The position numbers and the translations under genes are program-made. 64,000 nt of DNA from an uncultured Chromatiales bacterium. GTDB lineage: Bacteria > Pseudomonadota > Gammaproteobacteria > Chromatiales > Chromatiaceae. Location of the stretch: NCBI GenBank assembly GCA_965368585.1, contig CBDUNM010000011.1, positions 139 to 64,138 of the forward strand. The letters run 5' to 3'. This document shows, piece after piece, positions 8,516 to 19,632 of the stretch (position 1 is its first letter; each line of letters starts with the position of its first letter). The notes under the pieces were generated by a model, which was not told the DNA's origin, ran no database searches, and saw nothing but the letters and a program-made list of their open reading frames with translations.

Positions 8516-9967
8516 TCAACGCCGCCAGAACGCGGGACTCAGCAAGACCAGCAGGGTGAAGATCTCGAGGCGGCCCAGCAACATAGCAAAACACAATATC
8601 CATTTGGCCGAGATCTGCAGATCGGCGTAGTTGGCCCCGACCCCGGCCAGACCCGGCCCCAGGTTATTGATACAGGCGGCGACCGCCGAAAACGCGGTCA
8701 TCAGTTCGATCCCGGTCATGGCCAGCGCCAGGTACATGGCGGTGAAACTCGCGACGTACAAGGCGAAGAAACCCCACACGGCTTCCACGACCCGCGACGA
8801 AATCGTCTTATCCCCGACGCGCACGGGGATTTGCGCACTCGGATGGATAAGGCGGGTGATCTCGCGTACCCCTTGTTTGATCAGCAGCAGCAGGCGGATC
8901 ACCTTGATGCCGCCGCCGGTCGAGCCTGCACAACCACCGACAAAACTGGCAAACAACAGGACGATCGCGAGAAATCCCGGCCAGTTGTAGAATTCCGCCG
9001 TGGTAAAACCCGCTGTCGTGCCGATGGAAACCGCCTGAAACAGGCCCTGCACGACGGCATCCCAAGGGTCGTCGTACACCCGGTCGTGGTACAGCCCCGC
9101 GATCACGACAACGACCACCGCACCCACCAGCGCCGCGTAGAATTTGAACTCGGAATCCAGAAAATAACCGGCCAGGCTGCGCTGACGGAAGGCCACGAAG
9201 TGCAGTGAGAAATTGACGCCGGCGGCGAACATGAAAAAGACCGCGATCAGGTCGATGGTTGTGCTGTCGAAATATCCCATGCTCGCGTCGTGCGTGGAGA
9301 AGCCGCCGATCGCGACGGTGGAAAAAGCATGTCCGATCGCGTCGAACATGGTCATGCCGGCAACCCAGTAGCCCAGCGCGCACACCACCGTCATACCGAG
9401 ATAGATATACCACAGGGCCTTCGCCGTCTCGGTGATGCGCGGCGTCAGTTTGGCGTCTTTCATCGGCCCCGGCGTCTCGGCGCGATACAACTGCATGCCG
9501 CCGATGCCGAGCATGGGGAGCACGGCCACGGCCAGCACGATGATACCCATGCCACCCAGCCATTGCAGCTGCTGGCGGTAGTAGAGAATGGACTCAGGCA
9601 GTCCGTCGAGCCCGACAATGACCGTGGCGCCGGTTGTCGTCAATCCGGAAACCGATTCGAACACGGCGTCGGTTACGGTCAGGTGCGGCTGTTCCGACAG
9701 CATGAAGGGCAGGGCACCGATGGCCGACAACACCGTCCAGAACATTACGACGACGACGAAGCCATCGCGCAAACGCAGTTCCCGATGCATGTCCCGCACC
9801 GGCAGCCAGGCCAGCAGACCCAGCACTATGGTGATCCCGAAGGCGCTGAAAAAGGGCGCGATCGCCCCATCGCGGTAGAGCAGGGACACCAGCATGGGCG
9901 GTACTAGCGTCAGGCTGAACACCATCAGCAGAATACCCAGTATGCGTTGTACGGCCCAGAGCTGCAC
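8516..9967 (-). CDS. trkH: Trk-type potassium uptake protein TrkH
   Basis: 483-aa polytopic membrane ORF with repeated pore-loop-like motifs (GLTTTGATV, TTAGFTT, GGCAGSTGGGIK), next to trkA. Confidence 0.92.
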   Translation of the reverse strand: MQLWAVQRILGILLMVFSLTLVPPMLVSLLYRDGAIAPFFSAFGITIVLGLLAWLPVRDMHRELRLRDGFVVVVMFWTVLSAIGALPFMLSEQPHLTVTDAVFESVSGLTTTGATVIVGLDGLPESILYYRQQLQWLGGMGIIVLAVAVLPMLGIGGMQLYRAETPGPMKDAKLTPRITETAKALWYIYLGMTVVCALGYWVAGMTMFDAIGHAFSTVAIGGFSTHDASMGYFDSTTIDLIAVFFMFAAGVNFSLHFVAFRQRSLAGYFLDSEFKFYAALVGAVVVVVIAGLYHDRVYDDPWDAVVQGLFQAVSIGTTAGFTTAEFYNWPGFLAIVLLFASFVGGCAGSTGGGIKVIRLLLLIKQGVREITRLIHPSAQIPVRVGDKTISSRVVEAVWGFFALYVASFTAMYLALAMTGIELMTAFSAVAACINNLGPGLAGVGANYADLQISAKWILCFAMLLGRLEIFTLLVLLSPAFWRR

Positions 9968-10006
9968 GGCCTCAACACCTCCGACGAGGCCGTCTTCGGG
10001 TCGCCC

Positions 10007-11380
10007 TCACAGGAAGATCACCCCGACCTGGAACAGGCGCTCGACATCGGCTATCCGCTTCTTGTCCACGAGAAACATAATCACGTGGTCCTCGGATTCG
10101 ATCACCGTATCGTGATGCGCGATGATGACATCCTCGCCGCGCACGATCGCGCTGATGTTGGTGCCCTCCGGCAAGCGGATTTCTTCGATGCGCCGACCGA
10201 CCACCTTGGACGACTTGAAATCGCCGTGAGCGACCGCCTCTATCGCCTCGGCCGCGCCGCGGCGCAATGCGTGCACCATCACCACATCGCCGCGCCGCAC
10301 ATGCGTCAGCAAGGTGCCGATGGTCGCCTGCTGTGGTGAAATGGCGATATCGATCGGTCCGGACTGGACGAGTTCGACGTACGAGGCGCGGTTGATCAAC
10401 GCCATCACCTTGCGCGCGCCCAGCCGCTTGGCCAGCATGGCCGATAGAATGTTGGCTTCATCGTCGTTGGTGACGGCACAGAACACGTCGGTATCTTCGA
10501 TGCTTTCCTCCAGCAGCAGATCCTCATCCGCGCCGTCACCCGCCAGCACGATGGTGTGCCGTAGATCTTCGGAGACGCTCCGGGCCCGCTCGATGTCACG
10601 TTCGATGATTTTCACCCGGTAATCGTTTTCCAGGGCACCCGCCAGGCGCCGGCCGATGTTGCCACCACCTGCGAATATGAGACGCCGAAAGGGCTTTTCG
10701 GCGCGTCGCAGTTCGCGCATCACCGCCGGAATGTTGTGGCTTGCCGCCAGGAAAAAGACCTCGTCGTCGACTTCGATCACGGTTTCGCCGTCGGGTTGAA
10801 TCGCCCGCCCGCGCCGATATATCGCCGCCACGCGCGCTTCCGCGCCGTGCAGATGTTCGTTCAGTTCCCGTAGTTGGTGCCCGACCAGAGGGCCGCCGTG
10901 GTATGCCCGTAACGCCACCAGACGAACCCGTCCGCCGGCGAAATCCAGTACCTGCAGGGCGCCGGGGTGTTCGATCAGCCGCAGCACATAGTCGGTAACC
11001 AGTTGTTCCGGGCTGATCAGGACATCGATGGGCAAGGCACCCTGGGCAAACAGCGCCGGGTATTTCAGGAATTCAGGGGCGCGCACGCGGGCGATTTTCT
11101 TCGGGGTGTGGAACAGGGTCCACGCCGACTGGCAAGCGACCATGTTGGTTTCGTCGGAGTTGGTCACCGCGATGATCATGTCGGCATCGTCCGCGCCCGC
11201 CCTCTTGAGCACGTCGGGATGGGCCGCATGACCGGACACTGTTCGAATATCGAGCCGGTCCTGCATTTCGCGCAGTAACCGAGTGTCGCGATCCACGACC
11301 GTGATGTCATTGGCTTCACTGGAAAGGTTTTGCGCGACCGTAGTGCCGACCTGGCCCGCACCCAGGATGATTATTTTCAT
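10007..11380 (-). CDS. trkA: Trk system NAD-binding component TrkA
   Basis: 457 aa with two Rossmann repeats ([12 protein letters not shown]... and [14 protein letters not shown]). Confidence 0.93.
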   Translation of the reverse strand: MKIIILGAGQVGTTVAQNLSSEANDITVVDRDTRLLREMQDRLDIRTVSGHAAHPDVLKRAGADDADMIIAVTNSDETNMVACQSAWTLFHTPKKIARVRAPEFLKYPALFAQGALPIDVLISPEQLVTDYVLRLIEHPGALQVLDFAGGRVRLVALRAYHGGPLVGHQLRELNEHLHGAEARVAAIYRRGRAIQPDGETVIEVDDEVFFLAASHNIPAVMRELRRAEKPFRRLIFAGGGNIGRRLAGALENDYRVKIIERDIERARSVSEDLRHTIVLAGDGADEDLLLEESIEDTDVFCAVTNDDEANILSAMLAKRLGARKVMALINRASYVELVQSGPIDIAISPQQATIGTLLTHVRRGDVVMVHALRRGAAEAIEAVAHGDFKSSKVVGRRIEEIRLPEGTNISAIVRGEDVIIAHHDTVIESEDHVIMFLVDKKRIADVERLFQVGVIFL

Positions 11381-11468
11381 TGGATTGGCGAATTTTTATG
11401 ATTATCCGTCATTGTACGCTGAGCGGCCCGTTGGATTCGCGCCCGCCCGGCAACCAGACCGGGCGCTG

Positions 11469-12842
11469 TCAGCGGCGCTCCTTGATCTCGATGCCGACCG
11501 AGCGAAGCTTGCGATACAGATGGGTGCGCTCCATACCGACGTCTTGCGCCATCTTGCTCACGTTGCCGCCGTGTTTGTCGAGCTGGTATTCGAGATAAAC
11601 GCGCTCGAAAGACTCACGGGCTTCACGCAACGGTTGATCGAAAGACAACCCCGGCAGTCCGCTGGCCGCCGGATCGATGGCGGCCAGCGCTCCCATCGCG
11701 CTTTGCACCTCTTCCTGGGTGATTTCCTCGCCGGCGCCCAGTATAAGCAGGCGTTGTACCAGATTGCGCAATTCCCTGACATTTCCCGGCCAATCGTGGT
11801 TGCGCAGAAAGTTTTGCGCGCCGACGCTGAAATGGCGGTAGGTCAGTTTTTCGTGTTCGACAAAGTAGTCGACATAGTGCGTCAACAATTCCGGTATGTC
11901 TTCCCGATGATCGCGCAGCGGCGGCACCTCCAGCGGTACCACATTCAGCTGATAAAACAGATCCTCGCGAAAACGTCCCGCGTCCACTTCGGCTTGAAGA
12001 TCCCGCTGCGTCGCAGCGATTATTCGAACGTCGATCGCCACCGGTTCCGCCCCGTCGACCCGCAAAAACGAACCGGTATCCAGGGCACCCACGAGCTGCG
12101 CCTGGGCCTCGAGGTCCATATCGGCGACCTCGTCCAGAAACAGGGTGCCGCCGCTGGCCTGCTCCAACCGCCCGTAGTGCGTCGCCTCCCCGACCTCGCT
12201 GCCGAACAGCTCACGCGCGGCATTACCGGGCATGATCCCGCTGACACCGAAATCCACGAACGGCAGATCACGGCGCGGGCTGTGAGCGTGCAGATACCGC
12301 GCGAAGGTTTCCCGGCCGCTGCCCGGCTCGCCGGCTATCAGCACCCAGGTATCGTGTTGCGCGACACGCTTCACCTGTTCGCGCAGACGCTGCATCATCG
12401 GACTGCGTCCGACCGGCTCGGTCGGCTGCGGTGCGCGGCGGCGCAACCCGACGTTTTCGCGGACCAGTCGGTCGGTCTCAAGCGCCCTTTGTACGGTCAG
12501 CAGCAGTTTGGCGAGCGACAAGGGCTTTTCCAAAAAGTCGTAGGCCCCCAGGCGCGTCGCCTCGACCGCGGTTTCGACGGTACCATGACCCGACATCATG
12601 ATCACCGGACAGGGCAGACCATCTCCCTCGAACCACTCCTTGAGTAAGCTGATACCGTCGAGATCGGGCATCCAGATGTCGAGCAGGATCAAATCGGGAC
12701 GTCGCTCGCGCAATGCGTGGCGGGCGCTCGCGCCATCTTCCGCCGTCGATACCTGGTAACCCTCGTCTTCGAGTATATCCTTGACCAGTTCCCGAATATC
12801 CACCTCGTCGTCCACGACCAGCACCGATGATGCGCTCTTCAT
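11469..12842 (-). CDS. ntrX: NtrX-like response regulator (receiver + AAA+ + Fis-type HTH)
   Basis: Receiver VLVVDDEVDIRELV...LLDIWMPDLDG, Walker A GEPGSGRE, GGTLFLDEV, and a C-terminal HTH. 4-nt overlap with the upstream kinase gene. No GAFTGA loop. Confidence 0.85.
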   Translation of the reverse strand: MKSASSVLVVDDEVDIRELVKDILEDEGYQVSTAEDGASARHALRERRPDLILLDIWMPDLDGISLLKEWFEGDGLPCPVIMMSGHGTVETAVEATRLGAYDFLEKPLSLAKLLLTVQRALETDRLVRENVGLRRRAPQPTEPVGRSPMMQRLREQVKRVAQHDTWVLIAGEPGSGRETFARYLHAHSPRRDLPFVDFGVSGIMPGNAARELFGSEVGEATHYGRLEQASGGTLFLDEVADMDLEAQAQLVGALDTGSFLRVDGAEPVAIDVRIIAATQRDLQAEVDAGRFREDLFYQLNVVPLEVPPLRDHREDIPELLTHYVDYFVEHEKLTYRHFSVGAQNFLRNHDWPGNVRELRNLVQRLLILGAGEEITQEEVQSAMGALAAIDPAASGLPGLSFDQPLREARESFERVYLEYQLDKHGGNVSKMAQDVGMERTHLYRKLRSVGIEIKERR

Positions 12843-15070
12843 GTCTTACTCCCCCCCAGCGCAACCGACGAAAATTCGCTGGGTGTCGCTATGCTTTGGC
12901 TGTCTTCGTAGGTCGGCAACCGAACGGATACCCGCGCACCGCCCTGGGGCAGATTGTCTGCGGCGATCTTGCCACCGTGCTCTTCGACGATCTTCTTGAC
13001 GATCGCCAGACCGAGCCCCGTACCTTTGGACTTGGTGGTCACATACGGTTCGAATACCCGGCCGATGACGTCGTCGCCGAATCCCGGGCCGTTGTCTTCG
13101 ACGCTGATCTGCGCATAACGCGCGTCGGGACCTCCCACCGATTCCGTACGCACCGTGACCAGACCGTCGTCGCGCTCGGCGACCGCTTCCTGCGCGTTCT
13201 TGACCAGGTTGTGGAGCACCTGACGCAACCGGATGGGGTCGGCCTCCACATGCGTGCCGGGCGCTCCGGGCTCCATGCACACCCTGGGCAACGCGTCGCG
13301 ATACAGTTCCGTCACGCCGGCCACATAGGCGTCGAGTTCGATGGGTTCAACTTCGATATTGGATGGTCGGGCGTAATCTGAAAACGCGTTGACCATGGTC
13401 TTCATGGCCTCGACCTGCAGGACGATCGTGTGGGTCGCCCGATCGAGGATCTTGGCGTCGTCATCGACCAGTCGCGATAACAGCTTGCGCCGCATCCGAT
13501 CGGCCGACAACTGGATCGGGGTCAGCGGATTCTTGATCTCGTGCGCCAGGCGGCGCGCCACCTCGCCCCATGCGGCGTCGCGCTGCGCCTTCACCAGTTC
13601 CGTCACGTCGTCGAACACCAGCACCTGGCCGCGCGCCGCGCCGTCGTCTTCGGCGCCCAGCGGCGAGCGTCGACACAGAAGCACCTGACGACCGTCGGCG
13701 CGAAACAGATTTACCTCCTTGGACCAGGCCTGGCGTGGTCGCTCCAATCCCGTCCGCACCGCTTCGACGAATGGCAGCAAGGGCGCACTCAACTCGCACA
13801 TCGCATCCAGATACTGCCCCAGATAGTCATCAACCGGTATGCGCAGAATCTGATTGGCCGCACGGTTGGCCGTTTGTATCTGACCGAGATCGTCCAGCGC
13901 CATGACCCCGGTCGAAAGCCCACCCAGCACGGTCTCGAGATAGGCATGCTGGGTCTGCAGCTCACGCCGGCTGCTGTCGGCGGCATTGCGCGCATGGGCG
14001 ATCCGTCGGGTCATGGCGTTGAACGAAGCAACCAGAAATGACAGCTCGTCACGCGACTTGGGAACGGGCAGCTGCTTGTCATAGTCGCCCGCGGCCACCG
14101 CGCGCGTGCCCGCCGCGATATTCGCAATCGGCGCGACCATGCGCCGGGCGGTGAAAAACGCCGCCCAAACCGCGGCGAACAAGCTCACCAGCAACACCAG
14201 GGACAAGGCGAGGGAAAAGCTGAATTTTATCGAATCGCGCAGATAGACACGGGTTTTAAAGGTGACGTACGCATCCTGCACGCGTTCGCTCAGACCGCCG
14301 ATGGTATCCGGGATCGGGTACAGGGCCTGCAGCATGAAGCCGCGCCCCAGGGGGTCGCTCACCAGACTGCGCACGTGAAGGTGTGCCGCGGTCCCAACCG
14401 GGGTCATGCCCACGTAATTCTTGCCGCTCAGGACCTGCTGGATAATGGCCGATTCGGGCAGGTCGGGGACCAGCACGCCGGAGTCGGCGTTAGACGACGC
14501 CAGCACGTTGCCGGCCGGGTCGATCAGCGCCAGTTCGGTGGCGTCGGCCTCAATCCGCAATTCACCCACCGACAGGGCCAGCGCCGGCGTCGAGGAATCT
14601 TCCAATTCGTAGACCAGCCGTTCGGTGGTCCTCAATAGCACGCGTTTGTGCAGATCCAGCGAGGCACGCCCCAGTCGTAACGCGTCTTCCATGGCGGATT
14701 CGATACTGACGTCGAACCAGGTATCGATACCGCGCAGCAGAAACTGCAGCGAGTAGTAGTAAACCACGGTCACGGGCGCCAGTGACAGCAAGGTGAACAA
14801 CACGACCATGCGGCCGGTCAGACGCGACCCGGCCACTTCGTCGCGGTATTCGCGGGCCAACCGGTACAGGTTGTACGCCACCAGCAGGGCCAGAATGGCC
14901 AAACCGGTTACGGTAACGACGAGCAGCGGTACAAACCATAGACTCAGGCTTTCGGAGTCCTGTACCGCGTTGCTGATCATGTGCAGCGCAGCCAGCAGCA
15001 CCGCCAGCAATATGATCACCGCCACTGCGCCCAACCGCCAGCGTTTCACAGCTGCAGGCGCCATTCCCAC
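12839..15070 (-). CDS. ntrY: NtrY-like membrane sensor histidine kinase (HAMP/PAS/HisKA/HATPase)
   Basis: 743 aa with N-terminal TM segments, H-box RLAHEIKNPLTPIQLSA, N/G boxes HNLVKNAQEA and DNGPGF...GTGLGLAI. Confidence 0.85.
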   Translation of the reverse strand: MGMAPAAVKRWRLGAVAVIILLAVLLAALHMISNAVQDSESLSLWFVPLLVVTVTGLAILALLVAYNLYRLAREYRDEVAGSRLTGRMVVLFTLLSLAPVTVVYYYSLQFLLRGIDTWFDVSIESAMEDALRLGRASLDLHKRVLLRTTERLVYELEDSSTPALALSVGELRIEADATELALIDPAGNVLASSNADSGVLVPDLPESAIIQQVLSGKNYVGMTPVGTAAHLHVRSLVSDPLGRGFMLQALYPIPDTIGGLSERVQDAYVTFKTRVYLRDSIKFSFSLALSLVLLVSLFAAVWAAFFTARRMVAPIANIAAGTRAVAAGDYDKQLPVPKSRDELSFLVASFNAMTRRIAHARNAADSSRRELQTQHAYLETVLGGLSTGVMALDDLGQIQTANRAANQILRIPVDDYLGQYLDAMCELSAPLLPFVEAVRTGLERPRQAWSKEVNLFRADGRQVLLCRRSPLGAEDDGAARGQVLVFDDVTELVKAQRDAAWGEVARRLAHEIKNPLTPIQLSADRMRRKLLSRLVDDDAKILDRATHTIVLQVEAMKTMVNAFSDYARPSNIEVEPIELDAYVAGVTELYRDALPRVCMEPGAPGTHVEADPIRLRQVLHNLVKNAQEAVAERDDGLVTVRTESVGGPDARYAQISVEDNGPGFGDDVIGRVFEPYVTTKSKGTGLGLAIVKKIVEEHGGKIAADNLPQGGARVSVRLPTYEDSQSIATPSEFSSVALGGSKT

Positions 15071-15603
15071 ACTTCGCTTTCAAGGTCCCAGGCGCGGGAC
15101 ATGTAGGCTTTTGGACGCAACGGCAGCGGCAGTGCGTCGACGTCCAAAAAGGTTTTCATACGCAGTCGATACTGTTCACCGGGAGTCAACTGATCGATGT
15201 GCGTCACCGGGAAGCTCGCAATCCTTCCCAGGGCGCGTAAGGCAGCCGCCCGCGTTGCAAAACTCTGATGAGCACCGGTCTGCAGGTCGTGCAGATCGAA
15301 CAAACCCGACAGGGGGTGGAACCGCAGCACGCTGCGCAGGCGATTCTCCACCACGTCCGAATGCCATATCCAGGCGCTGTCGCGCCGCAACTGCACGTGC
15401 AGTTCGAAGGTCAACGGCACGCCGTGTTCAAGCGCTTCCAGCGCCGTTTCACTGAGTTCGTAGCGCACGTCGGCGTCGACCAACACGTTTTCGTCGCGCA
15501 TCGCAACTTCCACCCGTTCGAACTCGAAAGCCGGATCCGCTCCCCGGACAACCCCTGAGAACACCACCAAGGCCGCGCCGATTAGCCGAGGCCACGTCAT
15601 CAC
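15046..15603 (-). CDS. DUF4390 domain protein (signal peptide)
   Basis: 185 aa. It sits between rsmB and ntrY, the conserved context I recall for DUF4390. Confidence 0.75.
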   Translation of the reverse strand: MMTWPRLIGAALVVFSGVVRGADPAFEFERVEVAMRDENVLVDADVRYELSETALEALEHGVPLTFELHVQLRRDSAWIWHSDVVENRLRSVLRFHPLSGLFDLHDLQTGAHQSFATRAAALRALGRIASFPVTHIDQLTPGEQYRLRMKTFLDVDALPLPLRPKAYMSRAWDLESEVWEWRLQL

Positions 15604-16949
15604 TGCGCCGTTTCCCGTCGGGTCAACAGCGCGTAAAAGAAGCCGTCCCCGCCAGCATCACCCGGCAGGAACTGGCGGCCGAGACCGCAGGCTCGACCTT
15701 CGTCGGCCGCTATAGGTATTGAGATCGCGTCCTTTCGGCTGCGCATAAATGACTCTATCTGACGTTCGTTTTCCGCGGAAATCACTGAGCAGGTAACATA
15801 CAGCAACTTGCCCCCTGGTTTAAGCAAAGGCCATACCGCATGCAGTATTTTTTCCTGGCGCTTCGCCAGCGCGGCGATATCCGCGGCGCGACGCAACAAC
15901 AGGATATCGGGGTGGCGCCGCACGACCCCCGTCGCCGAACAGGGCACATCCAGCAGTATTCGATCATAACGGACCTCAGCCCACGCACCGAGCGGCTGGG
16001 CCGCGTCGCCGGCGCAGAGTTGCAAGCTTTGCCCCAGCCGGTCGGTCGTCTCTCGCACCCGCGCGAGGCGCTGCGCGTCGATGTCGAGCGCCGTCATCCG
16101 CAGGTTCGGCGCCAGTTCCATAAGATGCCCGGTCTTGCCGCCGGGCGCTGCGCAGGCGTCCAGTACGCGTTGTCCGTCACGCGGGTCCAGCAAGCCCGCG
16201 GCGCGCTGCGCGTTGACGTCCTGTACCGAGACCAATCCCGCTGCGAAACCGGGCAGCTGCAAGACGTCAGCCGGACGATCGAGCACCAAGGCGCTGGAAA
16301 CGCCCGCGACGGGTCGCGCCGTGCAGCCGGCCCCGGTCAGGAGTGCCGCGTAATCCGACCGGGTGATTCGATTAAGGTTGACCCGGAGCGCCATCGGCGG
16401 ATGTTCGTTGAGCGCCGCCGCCACCCGTTCCCAATCCGCCGGCCATGTCGTGCTGAGTTCGGCGATCAGCCAGTCGGGTAGTGCGTATCGTGTGCCTGCG
16501 GCGGCGTCCAGGCCCGCCGTCAGTGCGGCGGTTTCGCGTTGAAACCGCCGCAAGGCGCCGTTCAGCACTGCGGTCGCCCAAGCCTTGTTCAGCTGGCGCG
16601 CGGCACCGGCCGTTTCGGCAACGGCCGCGTGCGCGGGTACGCGGGTGTGCTGCAACTGGTAAAGTCCGCATAGCAGCAAGGCCCAGATATCGCGGTCGCG
16701 GTCTTTGAACGGCCGGGCAAGCAGGCGCGTCCCGATCACCGACAACCGCCAGTACCAGCGGCAGACCCCGTAGGCGAGTTCCGCCGTCAGCCCGCGGTCG
16801 CGTGCTGGCACGAATGCGCTGTGTCTGGGCAAGCTGGCGCTGAGGGATCGTCCGCGCAATACGTCGGCGACCGCCAGTGCCGCGGCCCCGCGCGGTCCCG
16901 GCGGTTGCCGGCGTTTAACCGAGTTGGATGCCTTGGATGGCGTGGGCAT
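15600..16949 (-). CDS. rsmB: 16S rRNA (cytosine967-C5)-methyltransferase
   Basis: NusB-like N-terminus, SAM motif [28 protein letters not shown]. fmt-rsmB synteny. The exact start is uncertain. Confidence 0.9.
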   Translation of the reverse strand: MPTPSKASNSVKRRQPPGPRGAAALAVADVLRGRSLSASLPRHSAFVPARDRGLTAELAYGVCRWYWRLSVIGTRLLARPFKDRDRDIWALLLCGLYQLQHTRVPAHAAVAETAGAARQLNKAWATAVLNGALRRFQRETAALTAGLDAAAGTRYALPDWLIAELSTTWPADWERVAAALNEHPPMALRVNLNRITRSDYAALLTGAGCTARPVAGVSSALVLDRPADVLQLPGFAAGLVSVQDVNAQRAAGLLDPRDGQRVLDACAAPGGKTGHLMELAPNLRMTALDIDAQRLARVRETTDRLGQSLQLCAGDAAQPLGAWAEVRYDRILLDVPCSATGVVRRHPDILLLRRAADIAALAKRQEKILHAVWPLLKPGGKLLYVTCSVISAENERQIESFMRSRKDAISIPIAADEGRACGLGRQFLPGDAGGDGFFYALLTRRETAQ

Positions 16950-17850
16950 TGACGAAATCTGCTGCGTTCATGGCGCGTTTGCCCGGCATCTGCAGCCGGG
17001 TAATACGCAACAGACCGTCCCCGGTCGCCACATCGATACCGGCCCGGCCCGCGGCCATGACCATGCCGGGTGACCCGGTTGCTCCGTTGACTGGCGTCGC
17101 TTCCCAAATCCTCAGATTGACGCCTTCAAACGCGGTGTGGGCCACCGGCCAGGGATTGAAGGCGCGTACCAGTCGTGAGATCTCCACCGCCGACCCCGAC
17201 CACGCCACTTGCGCTTCGGTTTTACTGAGTTTCTTGGCGTAAGTCGCCCGCGTTTCGTCTTGCGGCTCCGGTATCGTGCTACCGTTGGCGATACCCGGCA
17301 GGGCCTTCGCCAACGCCTCCGCGCCCAGGTCTGAAAGTTTGTCGTGCAGACTGCCGCCGGTATCGAGCGGTGCGATCGGCAGTCGTGCGACCTGCAACAC
17401 GGGGCCCGTGTCCAGACCCTTTTCCATTCGCATGATGGTTACGCCGGTCTCCTCATCACCGGCCAGGAGCGCACGCTGGATCGGTGCGGCACCGCGCCAG
17501 CGCGGAAGTACCGAGGCGTGTATATTGACACAGCCCAAGCGCGGCGCCTGCAATACACGTTCGGGCAACAGCAGTCCGTATGCCACCACGACCATCAGAT
17601 CGGCGTGCAGGTGTTCCAGGGCAGCAAGGTCGGCCTCGTCCTTGAAGTTCAACGGCTGATAGACCGGCAACGCTGCCGCCAGCGCCGCTTCCTTCACCGG
17701 GCTGGGCGTCATGCGGCGCCCGCGACCCGCTGGACGATCGGGTTGGGTATACACGGCGATCACGCTATGCGGCCCCGCCAGCAAGCGCTTGAGCGGGGGG
17801 ACCGAAAATTCGGGCGTACCGGCGAATACGATTCTCAAGGTATCTGACAT
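16915..17850 (-). CDS. fmt: Methionyl-tRNA formyltransferase
   Basis: [29 protein letters not shown]. Confidence 0.95.
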   Translation of the reverse strand: MSDTLRIVFAGTPEFSVPPLKRLLAGPHSVIAVYTQPDRPAGRGRRMTPSPVKEAALAAALPVYQPLNFKDEADLAALEHLHADLMVVVAYGLLLPERVLQAPRLGCVNIHASVLPRWRGAAPIQRALLAGDEETGVTIMRMEKGLDTGPVLQVARLPIAPLDTGGSLHDKLSDLGAEALAKALPGIANGSTIPEPQDETRATYAKKLSKTEAQVAWSGSAVEISRLVRAFNPWPVAHTAFEGVNLRIWEATPVNGATGSPGMVMAAGRAGIDVATGDGLLRITRLQMPGKRAMNAADFVNAHAIQGIQLG

Positions 17851-17943
17851 GACAACGACGGCCGCTGTCGGCCGCTCTCCAGGGGCAAAGTGGAACGCGG
17901 GTCACCGGAGCGGATTCCGACGACCCAAACGCGACTGCTTACA

Positions 17944-18477
17944 TTACAAGACGCTCTGTGCCGGTCGTTTGTCGCCGGACTGCATACGGCTTTCCTTCTC
18001 CAGCTTCTTGCGTATGCGCTGGCGTTTGAGGTTCGACAGGTAATCGACAAACAGCTTGCCGTCAAGGTGGTCGATTTCATGCTGAATACAGACTGCGAGC
18101 AACCCGTCGACCTCTTGTTCGAAAGGCTGGCCATCGCGGTTCAGGGCGCGAAACCGAATGCGTTCGGCGCGTTGCACCGTTTCGTAAACCCCCGGTACCG
18201 ACAGACAGCCCTCGTCCATTGCTTCCACCCCGTCTTTATCGAGGATTTCCGGATTGATCAGGGCAGTCGGCTGGTCGCGTTCGTCGCTGACGTCAATTAC
18301 GATTACCCGCTTGGGAACGTTGACCTGGACGGCTGCCAGGCCGATTCCGGGCGCGTCGTACATGGTCTCCAACATGTCATCGATCAGTTGACGCACGGCG
18401 TCGTCGACCACCGAGACCGGCTTGGCCTGATTGCGTAACCGAGGGTCGGGGAAATGCAGAATATCGAGAATCGCCAT
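17944..18477 (-). CDS. def: Peptide deformylase
   Basis: [25 protein letters not shown]. Confidence 0.95.
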   Translation of the reverse strand: MAILDILHFPDPRLRNQAKPVSVVDDAVRQLIDDMLETMYDAPGIGLAAVQVNVPKRVIVIDVSDERDQPTALINPEILDKDGVEAMDEGCLSVPGVYETVQRAERIRFRALNRDGQPFEQEVDGLLAVCIQHEIDHLDGKLFVDYLSNLKRQRIRKKLEKESRMQSGDKRPAQSVL

Positions 18478-18587
18478 GATCAGTTACCAAAAATATGTAG
18501 TCCACGCTAAAGAAAATTCGCTACGATCATGATAATACAGCAAGAGACGCGTTCAGCGCCGCCCCGCTTTCGACTTAAGGGAATCCC

Positions 18588-19625
18588 ATGTCAACATTCA
18601 GACCCATACTCGCCGTTGCAGTTGCACTCAGCTTAGTGCTCTCTTTCCCGGCTTGGGCCGATGATCTTTTGGCCACCAACCATCCGGAACGCTATGTCGT
18701 GCGCAAAGGCGACACACTGTGGGACATTGCGGGACGTTTTCTGCGCGATCCATGGCGCTGGCCCGATATCTGGCACGTCAATCCCGGGGTGCGCAATCCG
18801 CACCTGATCTACCCGGGGGATGAACTGGAACTGGTCTATCTGGACGGCAAGCCGCGCTTGCGGGTCAAACGCGGTCCACGGGTCGTAAAACTGTCGCCGG
18901 AAGCACGGTCGACACCGTGGGACGGCAGTATCCCGACAGTTCCCGTCGACGCCATCGCAGCGTTTCTGACCCGACCCCATGTCATCGACGAGGACGAGCT
19001 CGAGCGCGCACCTTATATCGTGGACTTTGCCGAGGAACACATCATCGGTGGTGCAGGGCAGCGCGCTTACGTGCGCGCGATCGAAACGGACGAACCGCTC
19101 AATTACGATGTGGTACGTCCCGGAAAGCCTTACAAGGACGCCGAAACCGGTGAGATTCTCGGTCATGAGGCCCAGTATGTCGGGAGCGCTTCGATTCAGC
19201 GCACGGGTGACCCGGCAACAATTTACCTGAAGCGCGCCGAACTAGAGGCGGTTATCAGCGACCGGTTGCTGCCGGTTACCGACGATACACCCTACCGCGA
19301 TTTTTACCCCAAAGCGCCCGAACGCGAGGTCAATGGTGCGATCATCGGCGTGCTGAACGGCGTCAGCCAGATCGGTCAGTACAACGTGGTCGTACTCGAC
19401 CGAGGCGCCAGTGACGGCCTCAGTCCGGGTACGGTGCTGCGCGTCGACCGACGGGGTGAGACCATCCGCGACATAGTTTCTCCGCAACGCTTGGACAAGG
19501 TTACCTTGCCCGACGAAGAAGCTGGATTGCTCATGGTATTCCGTACCTTCGATCGGGTCAGCTTTGCCTTAATCATGCATGCGACCCGCGCGATCCACCT
19601 CAGCGACCGGGTACGAAACCCCTGA
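18588..19625 (+). CDS. LysM domain-containing periplasmic protein
   Basis: Signal peptide, LysM YVVRKGDTLWDIAGRFL. Divergent from def and upstream of dprA, the conserved arrangement. Confidence 0.85.
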   Translation: MSTFRPILAVAVALSLVLSFPAWADDLLATNHPERYVVRKGDTLWDIAGRFLRDPWRWPDIWHVNPGVRNPHLIYPGDELELVYLDGKPRLRVKRGPRVVKLSPEARSTPWDGSIPTVPVDAIAAFLTRPHVIDEDELERAPYIVDFAEEHIIGGAGQRAYVRAIETDEPLNYDVVRPGKPYKDAETGEILGHEAQYVGSASIQRTGDPATIYLKRAELEAVISDRLLPVTDDTPYRDFYPKAPEREVNGAIIGVLNGVSQIGQYNVVVLDRGASDGLSPGTVLRVDRRGETIRDIVSPQRLDKVTLPDEEAGLLMVFRTFDRVSFALIMHATRAIHLSDRVRNP

Positions 19626-19632
19626 ATTTTTA

